A stretch of 64,000 nucleotides of DNA from NCBI GenBank assembly GCA_964016885.1, contig OZ024764.1, positions 21,824,001 through 21,888,000 of the forward strand, read 5' to 3'. This stretch comes from Eledone cirrhosa (lineage: Eukaryota). Shown here piece after piece: positions 59,760 through 64,000 of the stretch. A program made the translations under genes and the position numbers. Every line of letters begins with the position of its first letter. The stretch's first letter is position 1. The notes under the pieces are model-generated. The model ran no database searches. It was not told where the DNA came from and was given only the letters and a program-made list of their open reading frames with translations.

Positions 59760-61890
59760 GCATTCTCTCTCAACTCATCTATGCCTGGTCGTTGATGCAC
59801 ATTGACATTGCACATCCAACGGAGCATACTTGCTTCATTTTTCTCCAGCCGTTGCATATCCTCTGCAGTTGCTGTCCGTGTCTCACTACCGTGCAGCATC
59901 ACACATCTCACGCAGGCATCACCAGCCATTCGTTCTTAGAGAGAAACTCTTCTTTGTCAACAGAGGAAGCAGCTCCCTAAACTTCTTCCAACCCGTCCTT
60001 ATTCTAGATACTATGGCATCTGGGCACCCTCCTCCCATGCTAATTTGATCACCTAGGTATCGGAAGCTATCAACCACTTCTATAGGACCTATCTGCATTG
60101 GAAAAAATGTGTCTATCACTGCGACTTCTACTGTCAAATTTCCCTGTACATCTACTGCATATGTAGTTTTCCCTACCTGTTAGTTTGCCTGCTATCCCAC
60201 TACATTTCTTGTGTACCCAAAATCTGCATTGTGTACATTATAGAATTTATGCCAGTTCCTTTTCTACATATTAAACAAGGCCATTTCCCTGATGGAATGA
60301 CAGTTTTGTCCTCTTTTCTACTTCCCATGGGCACCTAGTCTTAAACTCCTCTGTTATGACTTGGAGGACTATAATGAACAAGAGCGGGCTGAGGACCGAA
60401 CCCTGATGTACTCCTGCATCTGTAATTCCTCACTAAACTCCATGCCTACCCTCACTTTACTGACAGCACCTCTGTACATAGCTTGCACTGTCTTCACAAA
60501 CTATTCCTCTACACCTAGTTTCCTTAGGGACCACCAGATGACAGATTGGGGTACTCTATCAAAGGCCTTCTCTAGGTCAACAAAAACTAAGTATAGTGGT
60601 TTTCTTCTCTAAGAACCTCTCTTGTAGTTGTCTCACTAAGAAGAGGGCATCTGTTTGACTCTTTCTCTAAGTTGCGCTAGTATTCTTTCTGTCACTTTCA
60701 TAACCTGATCCATCAGTTTTATACCCCTATAATTACTCCCCTCCAGAACATACCCTTTACCTTTACCTCAAATTATGAGAATACTGCTGCACCAGTCTTT
60801 GGGTATGACATCACCATATATAGCTTGATTAATGATGCATGCAACCAGTTTAATTCCTACTTCTCTTGATGCCTTCAGCATCTCAGCAACTATCACCAAC
60901 AGTCCAGCGGACTTACCATTTTTCATTTCCTTAATTGCCTCTTGCACCCTATAGTCGTCAATCTCAATAGCTGGTCCTTCTGTCGGGTCTACTGAAGGTA
61001 GCTCCCCTCCTATTCATTCTCCACATTCATCAGTCTCTCATAATGACATTTCCAGGCCTCCTTTTTTTTGAGAATCAGTGACACTAAGTGCACCAACATC
61101 CTGATTTACACTGACACACTGCCTTGCAATGCGGAACACTGCACATCTCTGATCTCCCCATCGCAGGACATTGGCAAACCTTCTACTCTCAGCTTCCCTG
61201 CATGTTAAGTAAACATGACATCTAGCTTCTCTCTTAGTGGCTGTGAATCGGTCTCTACCCCTACCATTTTTCCAAGCCTTTTGCCTCTAATGGCTCTATC
61301 TACCATGCTGTTCCACCACCAGGTCACCCTCTGTCTGGTTGGAGCTCTGCTCCAGCCACAAGTTTCTTCAGTAACATGCAGTAAGATGTCACGTAAGAAA
61401 TTCCAGTTATCGTCCATGTCATAGGACTCTAAATCGTCTTCTTTTTCGTCATACACATCTTGAAGGGCTTCCCTAATTTATATTTTAGTGAAAGGTCTTT
61501 TAGTTTCCAGACCTTCCTTTTTCACACTTTCTTGTATGTCTCTCTTTGTCTCTTGCTTACTGAGATGTCACTAACGACTAACCTATGTTGGGGGGTTACA
61601 TTGTTCCCTGGGGTATGCCTTAGTATTTGACACCATCTATCTCTCTTCCTGCCTAACTAGCAAGAAGTCAATCTGTTTCAGGTGTTCACCTGATTGGTAG
61701 GTTATTAGGTGGTTGGTAGGTTTCTTGAAGTGTTGCAAATGGTTAGTTCACTTGCATCACAAAATACAAGAAGCCTCACTCCTTCTTCATTTCTTGAGCC
61801 ATAACCATGACCACCATGTACCCCAGTGTATCCATCCTGCAGCTGTCCAACATGACCATTGAAGTCCCCTGCTATTATAACTAGGTCTCT
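59760..61890 (-). mobile_element. Degenerate RTE LINE, duplicate of 14965-17212
   Basis: Colinear, with shared lesions. Confidence 0.9.
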
Positions 61891-62236
61891 GTCATTGTGG
61901 TTATCTCTACTTATTCCTTTTCTACATATGGAGCAGGGCCACTTTCCTGAAGGGGTCAGGGTCTTCTCTCCTATCCATTAGCACTTTAGTTTTGGCTAAG
62001 TATATTCTCAGAACTTATCATTTCAAATTCTATATCTATAGTTGGTCATCTACATAGAGAAGTTTCCATAGACAGCCAGTCTTAAACCTCTCTGTTATGG
62101 CTTGGAGAACTATGATGAACAACAGTGGGCTAAGAACTAAACCATGATGAACACCTACCTGTACCTTCAATTCCTCACTAAACACACTTTACTGACAGCT
62201 TCTCACAAGCCATTCTTCTACACCTAATTTCTTTAA

Positions 62237-62444
62237 CCCTTTAGTATATAAACTGGCCATATCTGGCCAGAATTCTCCCCCATCTTTCTGTTCAAACTGG
62301 CCGTAACTGGTCATTTATACTTATGTTAAGGTATTGTTCTCAAAATAAATAACATGAAAATCTCATAGATTTGATATTATGTGAGATAAAGCATTTACTG
62401 TGAAAATATAATAGTAAATATAGAGTAATGTGAATACTAAAGGG
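62237..62444. mobile_element. Complete piggyBac-type MITE
   Basis: TTAA-CCCTTTAGTAT ... ATACTAAAGGG-TTAA. Confidence 0.85.
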
Positions 62445-62445
62445 T

Positions 62446-62935
62446 TAATCTAATGTCACTATTAACTACTTTTATCAGTCAGTATAATCTAATGTCACTA
62501 ATAACTACTTTTATCAGTCAGTTTAATCTAATGTCACTAATAACTACTTTTCTCAGTCAGTATAATCTAATGTCACTAATAACTACTTTTATCAGTCAGT
62601 TTAATCTAATGCCACTAATAACTACTTTTATCAGTCAGTATAATCTAATGTCACTAATAACTACTTTCATCAGTCAGTATAATCTAAAGTCACTAATAAC
62701 TACTTTTATCTGTCAGTATAATCTAAAGTCACTAATAACTACTTTTATCAGTCAGTATAATCTAAAGTCACTAATAACTACTTTTATCTGTCAGTATAAT
62801 CTAAAGTCACTAATAACTACTTTTATCAGTCAGTATAATCTAAAGTCACTAATAACTACTTTTATCTGTCAGTATAATCTAAAGTCACTAATAACTACTT
62901 TTATCAGTCAGTATAATCTACTACCACTAATAACT
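62446..62935. repeat. 39-bp minisatellite, ~12 copies
   Basis: Same unit as 1274-1995. Confidence 0.96.
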
Positions 62936-63898
62936 AACCTATGTTAGTCAGCACATTCTTCACCAAGGAAGGCCTTAGTATTTATTACAGTCCATTTATC
63001 AATATAGAAATATTATATGAAATTTGTACTGATGTATTACAAGTTTCTGAGTATCTTATAATGTTCTTTTATTATTTCAGAATACCAGAGGACATTGGCA
63101 TTAAAGAGCACATTACATCAGACATATCCTCAATATTAACCATTTCTAATGAAAGACACTACCCATCATTTTCAAATAATTTTGAAAACACTCAACACTT
63201 TGAAGGGATTTAGTAATATAACTATATTTCTCAGTATTAAGCTGCTATTTGGAACATAACTTTGCACAATTTCATGAAGTTATAATGGAAAGTTTTTAGA
63301 TACATATAAAGACTGATATGAAAAGGTTAAAACACTTTTATATCAGTTGTTTCATCAACACCATTATTTAAAGACTAAAGGAAGCTGTTATACAGAACAG
63401 ATACAACATTGTTTATATAAATCTATGGGGGAAATACTGGAAAATATTTCTTGTAAACTCAATAACACTTCTATTCTTTGCTGTCTAGAATATGTAGAAG
63501 ATACAAAATAAAGCTGAAGAAATTCACAAATGATTTTGTAAGATCTTCATATATTGACAAAGATGATAGTAGATGGAACTACAGGAGTAGAAATATTTCC
63601 ATTATTACAGGAATAACTAATCAAATAAAAACCAGAAAAATTAGATTCTTCGTTTTCTGGAATTTGTACAAAATGGTTTCATATGTATATTAAACTTGAA
63701 GCGATCTACAAAACAGTTTGTATCATCTTTAAATATAAAGAAAGACCAAAGTTGATGTAAATATATCTGGAGGAATATGTTTTAGGAATAATATTATAAA
63801 CATAAAGAAGAAAAATATCCATATATTGACAGAAGAAAAATATTAAAACTGTGAATTATGTGAGAAACTGAGGTCATTGATATCTTTTAGTAGGAGAT

Positions 63899-64000
63899 AT
63901 GTCGAAAAATATAGTAAAATCATCATTCCACTGTGATATCTGTGGTAAATCATTCTCTCGTAGTAATCAGCTAACTACTCACAAACGTAGTCATACAGGA
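63899..64000 (+). CDS. C2H2 ZNF-E, 5' end only (cut by window end)
   Basis: [34 protein letters not shown] after acceptor 63080 and a full 5'UTR. Confidence 0.88.
   Translation, partial: MSKNIVKSSFHCDICGKSFSRSNQLTTHKRSHTG

Overview
AT-rich, repeat-dense animal DNA, most likely from an octopus (coleoid cephalopod). The organism is inferred from the [11 protein letters not shown]-type C2H2 arrays and the RTE/SINE content. The window is a tandem segmental-duplication cluster of C2H2 zinc-finger (ZNF) genes with about 6 rearranged copies of a ~11-16 kb unit. The unit runs: inverted-repeat element, NRF1/ETS/E-box/Inr promoter with a short non-coding exon 1, a transposon-filled intron ending in a 39-bp VNTR, a large 5'UTR+ZNF exon, an 82-bp repeat, a relic ZNF exon, a non-autonomous Helitron, a 48-bp minisatellite, a dead hAT, a CRE fragment and a SINE. 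Of five ZNF copies, one is intact (2958-3905, 11 fingers). One has a single TGA (17799-18911), one is inverted and disrupted (43231-44255), one is frameshifted with divergent fingers (47690-48452), and one is cut by the window edge (63899-64000). The most interesting signals are: (1) the inverted ZNF placed antisense behind a family splice acceptor, a possible antisense/hairpin RNA against the family; (2) complementary losses of promoter, donor and acceptor among units; (3) a VNTR of ACUAAY motifs before the acceptor; and (4) several fold-back structures. All splicing and expression statements are inferences from motifs, and transposon boundaries are approximate unless termini are quoted.
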